A DNA stretch of 60,375 nt, counting the filler, from Sarea resinae (Eukaryota): NCBI GenBank assembly GCA_026026165.1. It is 2 parts of 2 records of this genome, joined end to end, with 100 filler letters (N's around TTAATTAATTAA, not from the genome) between each part and the next. Parts side by side here need not be neighbours in the genome. Positions count along the whole stretch, not along the records: positions 1 to 30,593 come from JAPEUD010000127.1; 1 more part is not named here. The stretch is one strand, 5' to 3'. Of this stretch, positions 12,836-27,346 are shown piece by piece. The notes beneath the pieces are model-generated. The model saw nothing but the letters and a program-made list of their open reading frames with translations. It ran no database searches and was not told the DNA's origin. Position 1 is the first letter of the stretch; each line of letters opens with the position of its first letter. Position numbers and translations under genes: made by a program.

Positions 12836-13860
12836 CTCTAATATCTGTAGTATCTGTGTAAGAATCCTAGAAACTCTCTCTCTCTCTCTCTCTCTTTCTT
12901 TCTTCTTACCCTTTATAATATATATTATTAAATACAGAACACATATACTAATACAGAGACAGAGATAGGGACAGATATTAATAGAGATGTAAAACCTAAT
13001 CCTCTCCTTCTTCTTCTTCTTCTTCTCTTTAAATCTCTTTAACTCTCTTTAACTCTCTTTATCTCTCCTCATCTCTCTTCCTACCTTACATAGCCTAGCC
13101 TAGCACCCTATACTCTAATACAGATTTATCTTTCTCTACCTTATTTCTCTACAAAGTTCTATACCAAGGTACAAGGTACGCTAGGCTAGAGAAGAGAAGA
13201 GACTTTCTTCTTCTTATCAGGCACTAACTCTTATCTTACGTTGTAAAGAAAAGTTATACTTCTTCTAACTTTTTCTCCTAAACTACCTTTCTTTTTTCTT
13301 TCTTTTTTAACAAGCTAGCTACTCCCTTTTCTTTCGAAGCTAGCTAGCTATCTTTTCTAAGCTAGGTGCTGACTATATCCTAAGTAGCTTAAGAGAACTG
13401 AAAATAGGTTCTTCTAGTACACAAGTAAGAAGGCAAGTACAAAGGTAAGAAAAGAAGGTAAGAAAAGAAAGTAAAAAGAGAAGGCAGATAGGTAAGACAA
13501 AAGAGAGAGATAAAGAAGTAGGTAGAGAGATCTACTATCAGCGAGGTTTTAGGTTACCTACCTAAGAAAGTAAAGAGCTTAAGAGCTTAAGAGCTTAGGA
13601 GATTGAAAGAGTACCTAGTAGGTAGGGACTATTTAGAAGAGGGTTTTTGATTCAAGATTTTACCTCGAGGTATAGAGCACTAGCTTCTATCTAGAGTCAT
13701 AGGAATTATAGAGTTCTAGAGAGGGAACTATAGAACTCTTCTCTTTACTCTTGCTTTCTTTCCTTCTTTTCTTACTTACTATTCTGCTCGAGAAAGAACA
13801 AAAGGTATCTTAGGTAGGTAGACAGACTAGACACGTGCATTGTGATCTTAATTAGCACAG
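12836..13860. other. AT-rich, TpA-enriched tract consistent with RIP-mutated repeat DNA
   Basis: Abrupt GC drop, abundant TA/TAG/CTA, scarce CA/TG, and no ORF of 60 aa or more in the six-frame track between 12360 and 14141. Confidence 0.7.
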
Positions 13861-14185
13861 TAACCGTAACTACAGAAAATTCCCGCCAGCTAACTTGAGC
13901 TGATTAGTCAACTGATCGATTGAATTATCAGAAAAGTAATCATATGATTGTCCGTCATTTTTTTTTCTCTTCTCGGATTTACTCTAGAGTCGTTCATGCA
14001 CGCGTATATCATCATCAGGAGTGGCAAACAAAGTGACAGCAGCTAGCTAGCAAGAGAGGAGGAAAAGAGAAGACAAAGAAAAAGCAGCACGGGGCAAGGC
14101 GGAACCTCAGAGAGAGAGAAACAGAAAGAGAGGTGAGACCGTGCCAGTCTTCCCCTCATCCCCTCCCCTCGAGATCCTTCTTCCT

Positions 14186-15158
14186 CTAGAAATCACCACC
14201 ACCGTAATCATCCCCGCCGCCATAATCACCACCATTGTCGCCTTGATCGTATCCCTGGTCATAGCCCTGATTGTACTCGCTCTGGTCGTGATCCTGGATC
14301 GCGTCCTCGAGCATCATGCCGCCGATAAGCCCACCACCCAGGCCCAACGCCGCACCCGCTCCGGCGCCCATCCCGGATTTCTTCGGTGCCGCCGCCTGTT
14401 GCGGCGCATACCCTTGCTGTGGGGCATACCCGCCACCACCATAGTAACCTTGCGGCTGAGAAGGATATCCACCGTACTGTTGAGGCGGAGGGGCGCCGTA
14501 CCCGTACTGAGGCTGGGGAGAACCGTATTGCTGGGGCGCCGGGGACCCGTATTGCCCACCATAGCCTCCGCCGGAGCCCGAGTGCTTGCCGAGCAGTTTC
14601 CCGAGGAAGCCGCCCTTGGATTTCTCCTGCGGCCGAGCCGGCAGGCCAGGCGATGGCTGCTGATCGTACGCGCCGGCGGGCATGGGCGTGCTCATGTAGT
14701 CTTGCTGCGCATCGCGACTGAGGGGCCGACCTTGAGCACGGGCATTCTCTTCAGCTTGCAGTCTGCGGGCATACGCCTCATCGTCGCTGATGTTCGAGGA
14801 CGAGCCGCTTGGGCCGCGGCTGCCGGGAGAGGGGGTATTGAGATATGGATTGTTCGAACCTTTTTCGGCTGGAGCCGGACGACCGTTGTCGCCATACGAA
14901 GGAGGAGGTCCTGGAGGAGCGCCCGAGTCGGAGGGGGGGTAGATGGGTGACGTGGGCTTCTCCCACTGGGATTGTTTGGTGTAGATGTTGACGTAGAACC
15001 TGGTCGGTGAGGCGGTAAAGTGTAAGAGGTCTATCCAAGTTGATAAGATCTCGAGAGAAAAGTGCTCACCATTCATTGTACTGAGAGTTCCACTGAGCTT
15101 TCCAGCCCTCGGGCACCTTTGGCGGGGGAGGCCCCGGTGGAGGGGCAATGTCGGCCAT
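14186..15158 (-). CDS. WW-domain protein with Gly/Tyr/Gln/Pro-rich tail (WWM1-like), 2 exons
   Basis: MADIAPPPGPPPPKVPEGWKAQWNSQYNEW|FYVNIYTKQSQWEKP, a WW domain split by an intron at about 15069-15000; C-terminal GAALGLGGGLIGGMMLEDAI and GGDF end. Confidence 0.9.
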
Positions 15159-16270
15159 TGTCACCTTGGTATGAGAACAACGACTCTTCTGAGTTGATGG
15201 ACAAGATGGTCAAAGTGGTCCAGGTGGATGAGGAAGATGGCAAAGTATGAGGAGTGAGGAGTGAGGGATGAGGTGAAGACGGTGACAGGAGTGCAGTCAG
15301 GTATATTGCAGATGGAACGGAAGTGAATGGAAACGCCAAGTGCGAGAGGGTGCGCTTAAATGGGCAGGGAATGAGATGTGTCAAGAGCACGGTGCGAGGT
15401 GCAAAGTACGCCGTTGGACGTCGTGGTCTTGTTGGGAACTGCACGGGAGGTGGTAATATCGATACTCTAGCTGACCCAGAGGGTCATTTAAATAATATCT
15501 CCCTTCTCCACCGTCACCGTCACCGTCACCGTCGACCAGACACCCTGATGGAAGACAATGGCAACAGCGGGAGAACAGAGGCAGGAGACAGCCGAAATCA
15601 CTCAATCCGTGTACCTTGTCTCCCGGTGACCGCAGCACAGCTGTCGTCGACCCCATCTTTGCAAGTACCGTTCCCATCATCTACTTCGGTCCCTGGCACC
15701 ATCTCCGCGTCGGGCCCTCTCCAAGCCATGCCCAGTCAGTCGCTCGTCATACTCTGTACTCCCCGCCCCCGGCGTCTCAGCCACCGACCACGATGTACTC
15801 CGCACCTTGTATCTGCTGCGCCACCCACGAGCCCAAACCACCACGCAACCTTCTTCACAGCCACAGTAATGCAATCTCACCTCTACGCATGCTCGTCCAT
15901 TTCCGCGGGCTGAGAAGACGACGAAAAGAGTCACTTCATCATCTTGGCCTCGTTCATGTCCCCGTGCCGTGTGTTCGCTGAAACTCGGATTAGATTTGCT
16001 ACATCATGAAATGCAAGATCGAAGACCACAGAAGGCTAAAAGGACCGTCAGGCTGTTTCTGCTCGGAGCCGGCCTCCAACAGACGCTGCGCTACAGAAGG
16101 AACAGAAGACGCGCAGAGGAGGTTGGCCTGCTAGCTACAAGAACGGAAGAGAAGAGAAGAGTACAAGCACGGTTAGAAGCGACTGGAGAATGATGGATGC
16201 TGCATACATGAGAAAAACAAATTACGAAAACAGAGTCATGTAAATCTGTCGCTAGAACTTTCATCACACT

Positions 16271-19200
16271 TTATCGCGAAGTCAGGTAGTCGGCAGCCTA
16301 TTGAGAGCCCCTACGGTCAGCGAGAGCTCATCTGATTCCCCTCCGTGAGGACACTGACCTTGTCAAGATTGTAATCATATTGCTCGAGCGCATTCAGCGC
16401 GTCGTCACGGGCATATCCCATTCCAGTAAGTCGCTTGAGAATTGGATCATCGTGCTCAGTACCCGCGCTGAGTGCCCTGCCGAGAACAGCCGGCCTACCT
16501 GGGGGGGAAAGCATATTGTCTCCCTCGGCAGCATGCTCTTGTCCTGGGGCAGGTTCAAATGCATTGTGCTCCGAAGGCTGGCTGGCTCCGCCTGCGACGC
16601 CGCCAGGGATGCTGCCTTGAGGTGTGTCAAGACCGGCAAAGATTGCGTCCCAGTCCTGAGATGTAGCTGCCGGTTGCTCAGGAGCATTGGCTTGTCCCGA
16701 AGCCTGGGGAGGAGCGCCAATATTCTGCTCAAAATCGTTGAAGCTGTCTCCAAGATGCGGCACACTACCGGTAGCAGTGTGCTGTGATGCCATAGTGCTC
16801 GTCTTGGAGGCACCTGGCGAATCAAAAACCGGGTTGAATTCATCCAAGCCTTCACGATGGTGAGAAGACATCCCAAACTCGTCATTTTCACGCTCATCGG
16901 CCTCTTTGGCTTCATCAAGATCAGCAAAATCCTGATCATCAAACTCATCAAATGCGTTCTTAGCAGGCGCCGGAGCTTGAGCGAGTTGAGGAGGCTGCGA
17001 GGTCCCTGGAGAACCGCCAAATAAGGTCTGGCCTCCAGTCAAAGGCGAAGAATAAGACTTCTCCGGCGAGTTTGAACTTGGCGGCGAAGTTGGATCCTGT
17101 CTAGATGGTAGGAGGCCGCCAAACTCCTGGGGGAACTGGTTCGAGTCCCGGTGTGATCCTGTTGGGGCTGACACTGTTTGATCATAACTAGGAGGCGCCT
17201 TTTGGGCCCCTGGCGTAGGTAGTTGGCTACCAGTAGAATCGAGATGTGTTACGCTGGGGCGAAGACGGAAAGCTTCTGGAGGATCCGACGATGGAGGCTC
17301 TGGCGCAGCGGGCGGCGGGCCCTGGCTCGCGCTGGCGTGTCGCTGCTCGGGGGAAGCCGAGGTGAAGTTGTCATCAAAACCGTGCTCACTACCACTGTCG
17401 CTCTCGTCGTCTCGGCTAAACTCCTCGATCGGTGGGAACTCTTGATTGAATCGGTTTGGTCCGACTGAGCCAGTACCGACAGATCCTTCAGCCGACGATC
17501 CGCCAGTGTGCTGTCTCTCTTGAACCTGTCGAGGAGCGCCGAAGCCAGCAAAGGCCGCGTCAAAATCATCTTTTGTACCCGTGGAGACACGAGGCTCTGC
17601 TCTGCCCATCGAAAAAGGGTCAGAACGGTTGCTTTGGAATCCGTCAGAACGACGGCTGCTGGCTTTGCTGCGATCACTCAAAGTGCTTTCGCCAGTTGGC
17701 GTGGACTTGATAGGCGAGGTTGGGTCTGCTGGAAATGCTCCAGGGACAGATTCTCGAGTTGGGATGGGCTGACTATACCCTTGAAACTGGTCCCTTGTTT
17801 CGGAGGCCTTCGATGCAGGCCTGGGAGCATCACTGGCAGCCGGTGAGGCCGTAGTATTGCGGTCGAATGTGGAGGATGGTGCGCGCGATGCAGTCTCCGT
17901 CTTGATAGTATCCGTTTCGTCGCCACCGGATAGGCTTCGCTCTTGAATAGGAGTTGCATTGGCCGAGCTTACCCAGTTAGTTGGCGTATCGGCTCCGGAA
18001 TAATCATTACCACCATACCTGCTGGCTGGTGCAGAGACTTTTACAGAAGAACTGAGGGAATCCGTTCGCTGGACGGTCTCCCGAAATGGAAGGAAGTTGG
18101 AAGTAATCTGCCTTGACTCCGGTGGCGGAGGAGGCTCCGGAGCTGCTGGTGGGGAGCCCGTCTGAGACGAAGGCTGCGGAGAAGTAGAAGGGGTCGGAAG
18201 ATCCGGACCTTCAGAAGAGCGAACGGATTGACCAGATACCGTAGGAACATCACGGGGATGGGGCTCTGATCGGAACGAGGTCGGTGGAGGACCGGACGTC
18301 TGAGGCGGAGTAAAGGAAGGGCCAAACATGTTGTCAAATGCGTTTTGATTCTGTGCAGGCTCACGAGCAAAGGGTGACGGAGACATGGTATTTTCAGAGG
18401 CAGGCACTGGTGACCTCCTGAAAAAGGGATTGGTGCTCTGGCTTGTCGTAGATGCCGCAGGACTCGTAGGCTTTCCGGGACTCTGGACCGGCGGTGCAGA
18501 CTGATATTCTTGAATCTCTCGCGATACGTCGTCGATATCGGTCTTGACCTTGTCGCGTTCGCTCTCGTTTGTCGCCAATTGCTTCTTGTTGATAGCCACC
18601 AGTCCCTTCTGTTGACGAGCTTCAGATCGCAGCTTGTCGAGCTGAGGTTTAAGCTGATTGATTTCCGCATTAACCTGTCGCATCCGCTCCTTTAGGCTTG
18701 CATTCTCCTTCTGATCAGCCTCCAAGTTTCCCACGACTTGTCGATGCTGATTCTGCAGATCCTGGTAGCTCCCCTCAATCATGGCAATGTCCTGTTGCAA
18801 CTTCCTCGTCTCGTTACGTGAAGCCGAAAGTCTCTCTTCTAGAGCTTTGACATCCTTCACCTCCTGTTCATAAAGAGTACGGAGTTGGCTAAGTCGGGTT
18901 TCAAACTCTCGTTTCTGAGAGCTAGACTTAGAAAGGTCATGGTCGGTAGATGTCCTCTTGTTTTTGACCTCTTGCATCTGCTTGGATAGTGTGCCGACCT
19001 GGTTTGACAAATTGGCGAGCTCCGTAGTTTCATGTGTCAGCTTTTTGCTAACCTCGGGATCATTGTCGCCTAGGAGATCGTCGACCGATGACTGCTGCGC
19101 GGGTGGAGGCCCACGTTGCCCAGGGGCAGAGCCGCTAGAGCCTCCAGTGGTATTTGCAGCCATGATATTCTGGCCAAACGACGAAGATGGGATAAATGGT

Positions 19201-20910
19201 TTGAAAGTTGGCTGCTGGTGTTGTGTGCTCTGCGGCTCAGGTGCGGCAGCAGGTGCCGCTGGCTTATTGAATAGGTCAGAATCAAAACCTCTGTTATATG
19301 TAGGCGAACCTGGGCCCGTAGATGCCTGCGACTGGGAGGGGGCTGGTGATGAGAATGCATCGAGGCCAAATAGATCCTCCGAGGCGGACTTTGGCTGTGT
19401 GGTGGCATAGCTGTTGTCAAAAGTGGGAGCCGTAGGCTGAGACGGTGGAATGACCTGTTGGCGCATGCTTGGTGGCACCAAGTTGGTAGGTAAGGTAGGC
19501 GGTAGAGCGCCTCTGCCTTCGCGCCGGCCCCTCTGTTGTCTGATCAAGTACATGGCCACGGCAAACTCGTCCCGATTGAGGCGACCTTCGGAATTGATGT
19601 CGGCAAGATCCCATATCTGAGCCAGTGTCTCTTCCGGCAGCTTGGAGTTGCCGAAGAACCCGACGGCTTGGTCTCCGAGGATGTAACCGCGACCGGCTTT
19701 GTCGACCGTAGCGAAGATACTATCGAACTGTGCCTTATCCTGGGCGGTAATGGCCCAGTCAGAGCCAGTGGCCTGAGCAGACTGAGGTGGTGTGCCATAT
19801 GACGCTCGTCCCATTGGGCTTTGCGACTGACGTACGGCAGCGCCGCTGAGCTGCTTGGGAATGCCAGACACCGGAGGAGCGCCCTGCACAGGTGACCCAA
19901 ATCCACTTATTTGAGGCGTCGCTCTAGGCGCAGCGCGACGAGCAGCCGCTTCGTAAAGACCAGGCGGAAGAATCTGCGGCAACGCTCGGAGGACTCCACT
20001 CTTGTAGGAGGCAAGTAGATGCATAGCAATGACAAATTCTGTCACACCCAGAGCACCTCGTTGCTCGATGTCGGACAAATTCCATATCCGCCCGAGGACT
20101 TCGTTGGGCAGTCGTGCGCGTTCGAATATTTGCTTTGCGGTCTCACCTGGAAAGCGACTTTATGTCAGTGCCATGGTAGTGAACCTTATCCCAAGCAAAG
20201 CATACCTGAAAGAACTCCATTCTGAGCACCCGACTTTTCGAATAGTGATGCGTATTCGTGAACCTTCTCCGGAGTCAGAGGAGGCACTCTGATTGGTCCG
20301 CCGCTTGACTGAGCCTGCAAGCCGGGGGCTGGCGGCCCCGGTGTCGGTACGGTTGGATTGATATTCAACCCTTCAAATTTTGGGAGAGGGCCAGCTACAG
20401 GAGCTGCATGTTAGAAGAAGAGCAAACAAAAGGATGTGTTCATATGTCTTACGTTGGAAAGCCAATTCAGGGGTTGGATCTCGTCCAGCTTGGTAATGCC
20501 CGATCAACCTCAAAACGACTCCAAACCCAGATGGGGTCAATAGCCCTCGATTTTCGGTATCTGCGATTTGCCATATCTAACAGTGGCCGACGTAGTCAGT
20601 CTCGTCATACGTATTTGTCCCCGGACCAAGATGGATTTACCTCTCCAAGAACTGATGGTGCGAGTTTTGTCCGCTCGAAGAACTTGACAGCGACTTCTCC
20701 AGTGACGACGCCAATGTTATCAGTATCGGCTTGTTGGAAAAGTTGGCGGAAGACCCGTTTCTCTTCGGGAGTGAGGTTGAGATTTGGGTGGCCTGTCAGG
20801 CCCGTCGGACGATGCCGTCAGCACTCGAATGGGCACGCACTGGCTCGAGAGGTCGGACCCAACGGAATTAATGACTTACTCAGTTCGGAACCACCATTTG
20901 TGTCGGCCAT
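16271..20910 (-). CDS. EDE1: Endocytic scaffold Ede1/Eps15 (three EH domains, coiled coil, C-terminal UBA)
   Basis: EH repeats (QIWQIAD, RIWNLSD, QIWDLADINSEGRLNRDEFAVAMYLI), central heptad region, NPF motif, UBA LTGMGYARDDALNALEQYDYNLDK|AADYLTSR*. Confidence 0.93.
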
Positions 20911-22254
20911 GATGGCTGCAATGTCGTCTGCTAACAAGACGAGTTGCTGATTGAAGTTGGAGGAGGCTCAGCCTGGGAGACCAGGTCTAGCGGACCGTGC
21001 CCAAGCTAGCACCCCGTGCACGGCAACGGCAGCCTGAGGTTTGGGTACAGGGTCTCAAGCTTCGGCTCTGCTCCTGGAAGTCGAATAGCTCAAGGATCGT
21101 GGATGGCAGGAAAATGCAAAGAAGCACGCTGTACAGGGACAGAAGCTGTTGCTGCAATGAAGACAAATGAATGCTCCCGTTTGGTATTACTGATGTGGTG
21201 AGGTGAGGCGAGGTGAGGTGATGGGGATGGGATTCATGGAAGAGGTGAAGGTAACATGAAGGTAGTGGGAAGAGAGAGAGAGAGAGCAATGGTCATCTGT
21301 GTACGAAAGACGGAAGACGACATCCACAGGTACCGAACCGCCAGAAGTCGGGTAGAGAGGTACTTGGTCTGCTCAGCCAGGGTGAGGTGGTACGTACGAC
21401 GTATTCTTCGTACGCCGTGGTACTTGCTGCACCGTTTTGTTCGTCCTGGAAGAACGGCGGAGGCTGGTGAGAGCAGCCCCGACCGAGCAAGGCACGTTCT
21501 CTCACGTTCTCTCTCTCACGTTTTCTCGTAGCCGGCCTTCCCTGGCCAGCCGCCCAAGTACATATAAAGTACCCTCTGGCATTCGTCCGTCTACGACGTA
21601 CTCCGAGTAGTGTATTCGCTACCACCGAGGTACCGGTGTCTGGCGTCATCCCAAATCCCAATCAGTCGCTAAGCTCCCTCTGTACAAAGTACCTTGCTCC
21701 GTACCCCCTCTCCGCGCCATCCCCCATGGACCTTTTCCATGTGAGTCGACGAATCACTGCGTCCTCCACGCCGGTCAGAATCCATATCATGCGTCGGTGC
21801 ATGCATGCGTGCATGTCGGCCATGACCACCACAAATCACCTCTCGCTGTCAAAATCTGTCTGCGTGCGCCATGCGAACCTCCCGCGTGGCAATTTGAAAA
21901 CCTCGCTTCCTCATGTAACTCGATTCTTTTGTAATGTTTTGCTTCTACCGGAGTCCTCTCCCATGGCTGGCAGTGATGAGTGCCCGCTTACCGTCCATCT
22001 AATCCAATGAATCGTGGCCACAATAAAAGCTCAGAGATAACATTATCACCATCGTGCATATGGGTATTGGATTGCGAAGAGCTCAGGCTGGGTGACATGT
22101 CACGATTTGATTGTGCTAGATTTTCTATCTCTCTAAACTCCATCCGGGACCCCAAGTACTTTTTCCTTTTTGGGAGTGCATCGACACCTGCTCGACTTTC
22201 TGGCCAAGCACCGCCGCTGCAAATGCATTTCAGACGAGCCTTACATGAGGCACC

Positions 22255-23681
<1,427 letters not shown>

Positions 23682-24654
23682 TATGCTGCGTGTGAAGATC
23701 TTCTGAGGAAATGATGTGTATGTGCGATTGAGCAGGATTCTCTTTGTGCTGAGAAGAGAAGGATAGAAGGATCGAGGAAAGAGGATGTTTGCCGTTTTTA
23801 CAACCAAAAAGCAACGAGGTGCCCAAGATACTATTCCTTGTGTGATAAGCAATTTTGGGTACTCATAGTAGAGGATCGAATGGTGGTGGGGTTCCTTGGG
23901 GGTAAAAAAGCGTCGGGCCGCGATAAGTCTCTTCTCACCGTTGTATCATGGGAAAAGTACCTGAATTCAACCCCTCTACTAAGTACACTACCTCACTTCG
24001 TACCTCACATAGCGGCGGTGCTGGCGATGAAAATTCTGGTATGGCCTGGTCGGTCGTCCAAGGAAGCCTACTGCACCCGGGTCCGCCTACCCCAATAGGC
24101 ATCAGACCTGCCTGACTGCGCCAGAAACTAACCTCCATCTTTTCATTTGGGAGTACTATTAGTGTAAGGCCTAAGGCTAGCCTGATATTTTCAAGGTTCA
24201 CAATAGCAATAGTCGGTATGATCTCTTCTCCATTTCAAGCAAAGATACTCGTAACAGTCAATGAATTCATACTTAAAGGATCTTTTGAATCTTTTTATAC
24301 TAGTCAGACTGAAGAGAAGAATTCAAGATCAAGATCAATTTCGTGAAGAGACATAAAGTCGGCGCTTACAAAAATTCGCTCGCATCGCAGCATGCAGTCA
24401 TGCCATCCGGTCGCTCCCCTACCGCTTGCCTCTTAGGAATGCTAAGGCCGCCTAGTATGGAGGGACCGCCGAGCAAAGCATATAAGTGAAAGGCTTATTG
24501 ACAGAGTACAGCGTATTAGAAAGCAATTTCTGAAGGGGCATCGTGGGGACGGAGACAGGTTTAAGGAAAAGACTATCCACTGTTTGCATGGGAAGTTTAC
24601 AGCGTGTGATTACCGCACACTTCTCAAACATGCAGCTCAAGTCGTAGAGACAAA

Positions 24655-26451
24655 TTAGTACTCGGCTTCGACACCCTCATCCCCCTCCAGAGAGTCGGCA
24701 GCAACCTCCTCATAGTCGCGCTCCAGAGCAGCCAAGTCTTCTCGGGCTTCGGAGAACTCGCCCTCCTCCATGCCCTCACCAACGTACCAGTGAACGAAGG
24801 CACGCTTGGAGTACATGAGATCAAACTTGTGCGAGAGAGCTGTCCATGCCTCAGCAATGGCGGTGGTGTTGGAAAGCATGCAGCTGAATAATGATTAGCA
24901 CGAGATCTCATCAAAAGGTCGAATTTGACTTACACAGCGCGGTCGACCTTGGCCAGATCACCATTGGGCACCATTTGGGGTGGTTGATAGCAGATTCCGA
25001 GCTTGAAGCCAGTCGGGCACCAGTCAACGAACTGAATCGTGCGCTTCGTCTTCAGGGTAGCAACAGCGCTGTGGGCATCCTTCGGCACGACATCTCCACG
25101 GTACAACAAGCAGGTCGCCATATATTTGCCATTGCGGGGATCGCACTTGACCATCTGGTTGTTGGGCTCGAAGCATGACATTGAGATCTCCTGGACAGAG
25201 TTGGCCTCGTGGGATGCCTTTGCAGCGGACACAACGGGGGCGTAGGCGACAAGTGGGAAGTGGATACGGGGGTATGGCACAAGGTTGGTCTGGAACTCGT
25301 TCAGATCGACGTTGAGGGAGCCGTCGAAGCGGAGAGAGGCGGTGATCGAAGAAACGACTAGAGCGGTCAATTAGTATATGAACGAAATCCAGGGCATCCA
25401 CAGCCACTTACCCTGGGCAATCAGTCTATTCAGGTTCTCGTAGCCCGGTCTCTCGATACCGAGATTACGTCTGCAGATGTCGTAGATAGCCTCGTTGTCA
25501 ACCATGAAACTGCAGTCGGAGTGCTCCAGCGTGGTGTGGGTGGTCAGAATGGAGTTGTACGGCTCGACAACGGAGGTGGCGACTTGAGGAGCAGGATAGA
25601 CACAGAACTCGAGCTTGCACTTCTTGCCGTAGTCGACAGAGAGACGCTCCATCAGCAGGGCACCGAAACCGGAGCCAGTACCACCACCGAATGAGTGGAA
25701 GACCAAGAAACCTTGGAGACCAGCACAGTTGTCGGCCACACGTCGGACCTTGTCCAGGACCTGGTCAATCATCTCCTTGCCGACGGTGTAATGGCCACGA
25801 GCGTAATTGTTGGAAGCATCCTCCTTCCCGGTGATCATCTGCTCGGGATGGAACAGGCTCCTATACGTGCCGGTTCGGACTTCATCGACGACATTGGGCT
25901 CGAGATCAGCGTAGATCGTCCGCGGAACATATTTGCCTTGGCCTGATGGTGCCAACAGTATCAGTATCTATCTCATGTCGAGGAAACATGGCAAGCATGG
26001 TGTGCCTGGAACAAGTAAACACGTACCGGTTTCGGAGAAAAAGGTGCTGAATCCTTGGTCTGGCTCGGCAGCTTTACGCTCCTCCGTCAGATAACCATCA
26101 GGCTAGAGATCAGGAACGCGTCAGTCGCCATTCATTGACACTACTAAGACGTCTTCGAAGACACAGTACGTCGTGCTGGGTGACCTTACCTGGATACCGT
26201 GCTCGAGGCAGTAGAGCTGATTCAAGAGACCCCATTAGTCGAAGTTCGAGACATGATCATCTCAGATCGAAGTGGACACTATGATCGACGTACCTCCCAG
26301 CACGAGTTTGCAATCTGGCAACCGGCCTGGCCGACTGTGAGGCGAAGAAAGTCAGTTCGGGAACTTGGGCCATTGGCCGAGGATCTCTCCTGCTCAACCA
26401 AACAAAAGCGCGTCCAGATCACATACCGTTCAAGCTGATGACTTCTCTCAT
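24655..26451 (-). CDS. TUB1: Alpha-tubulin, multi-exon
   Basis: [41 protein letters not shown] signature; [22 protein letters not shown]-terminal EAEY. Confidence 0.98.
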
Positions 26452-27066
26452 CTTGGCAAGTCTCTCTTAGAAGGACGAGATGTTCAGGATTACCTCGTAG
26501 ACAAGCCTGCGAGATGCCGAGAGCAGAGTCTGGGAATCTAGGTGGGCAGGAAGGTCAGAGGAGAGAAATTAGGTGCGTGAGTGTGGGATAGACGGACACG
26601 TAGATTAGGCGGGCGGGCAAAGGAGAACAGGAGAATGAGTAAGACTCAAGTAGAAAGTAGTGAAGTGCGTGAGAAGGTAAAGGCGGTAAGTGGTGATTGA
26701 GCGTACCGTGCACAGGCAAGCGTGGATTTGTTGTGGGTTTTCGGGTCTTTGGGCCAGGGCCAAGTCATCTAGGGACAGCCAGGGGCAGATTACTCTATCG
26801 AAGAGAGGGAGGGAGCAACGAGCGAGGCGTGATCGATGCGCGTCTACTGCGTAGGCGAATGAAGATACCTGCACGGTTAATATTACCATGTACTCTCGGG
26901 CAGCAGGTCCGCGGGCTCGAGACTTGCTCTTCTGGGCACGCATGTACATTGTTTGTAGACACAACAAATCGATCGAGGGCATGACAACCTGGAAGGGTCT
27001 CGCCTTCACTGCCGGAATAAACAATGCGTGAGGAAGTAGCGAAGTACCGAGGAAAGTACCCGTGTT

Positions 27067-27080
27067 GTACTCCGGAGTAC
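27067..27080. promoter_or_regulatory. Perfect 14-bp palindrome GTACTCCGGAGTAC in the divergent tubulin/PGA1-like promoter
   Basis: Sequence read directly; related TACTCCGTAC half-sites at about 27166-27190. Regulatory function is inferred only. Confidence 0.4.
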
Positions 27081-27346
27081 TGCCATGTTTATCTTCCACG
27101 GATGCCGTACTTCCCTTTCCCAATGAAGCCTAGTGGTTCGGATTGGATGGGTCCACTCGGCCGTTCTCCGTACTCCCTACTCCGTACTCCCACGGACCAT
27201 TGACGCCATCCCATATCAACATCATCAATATCATCCCATAGCATTCCACTCCACCGCAGGCCTTCGACACGTGCTAAGCTGGGCTGTGTTCGATAGCGAA
27301 GTCAATATGACCAATAAAACTACATGATCCTCATCTCCACGTCATC

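Noticed and set aside
14141..14950. 269-aa plus-strand ORF, and other long antisense ORFs such as 47203-47961, 53807-54574 and 11278-12027
   Set aside because: Antisense shadows of GC-rich real genes with no recognisable motifs
15323..16193. ORFs between the WW gene and EDE1 (196, 121 and 74 aa)
   Set aside because: Low-complexity promoter and 3'-UTR sequence with no domain signal or convincing splice structure
23682..23850. Polyamine-responsive uORF in the SPE3 leader
   Set aside because: No upstream ATG seen in the proximal about 150 nt; the listed ORFs there begin at non-ATG codons
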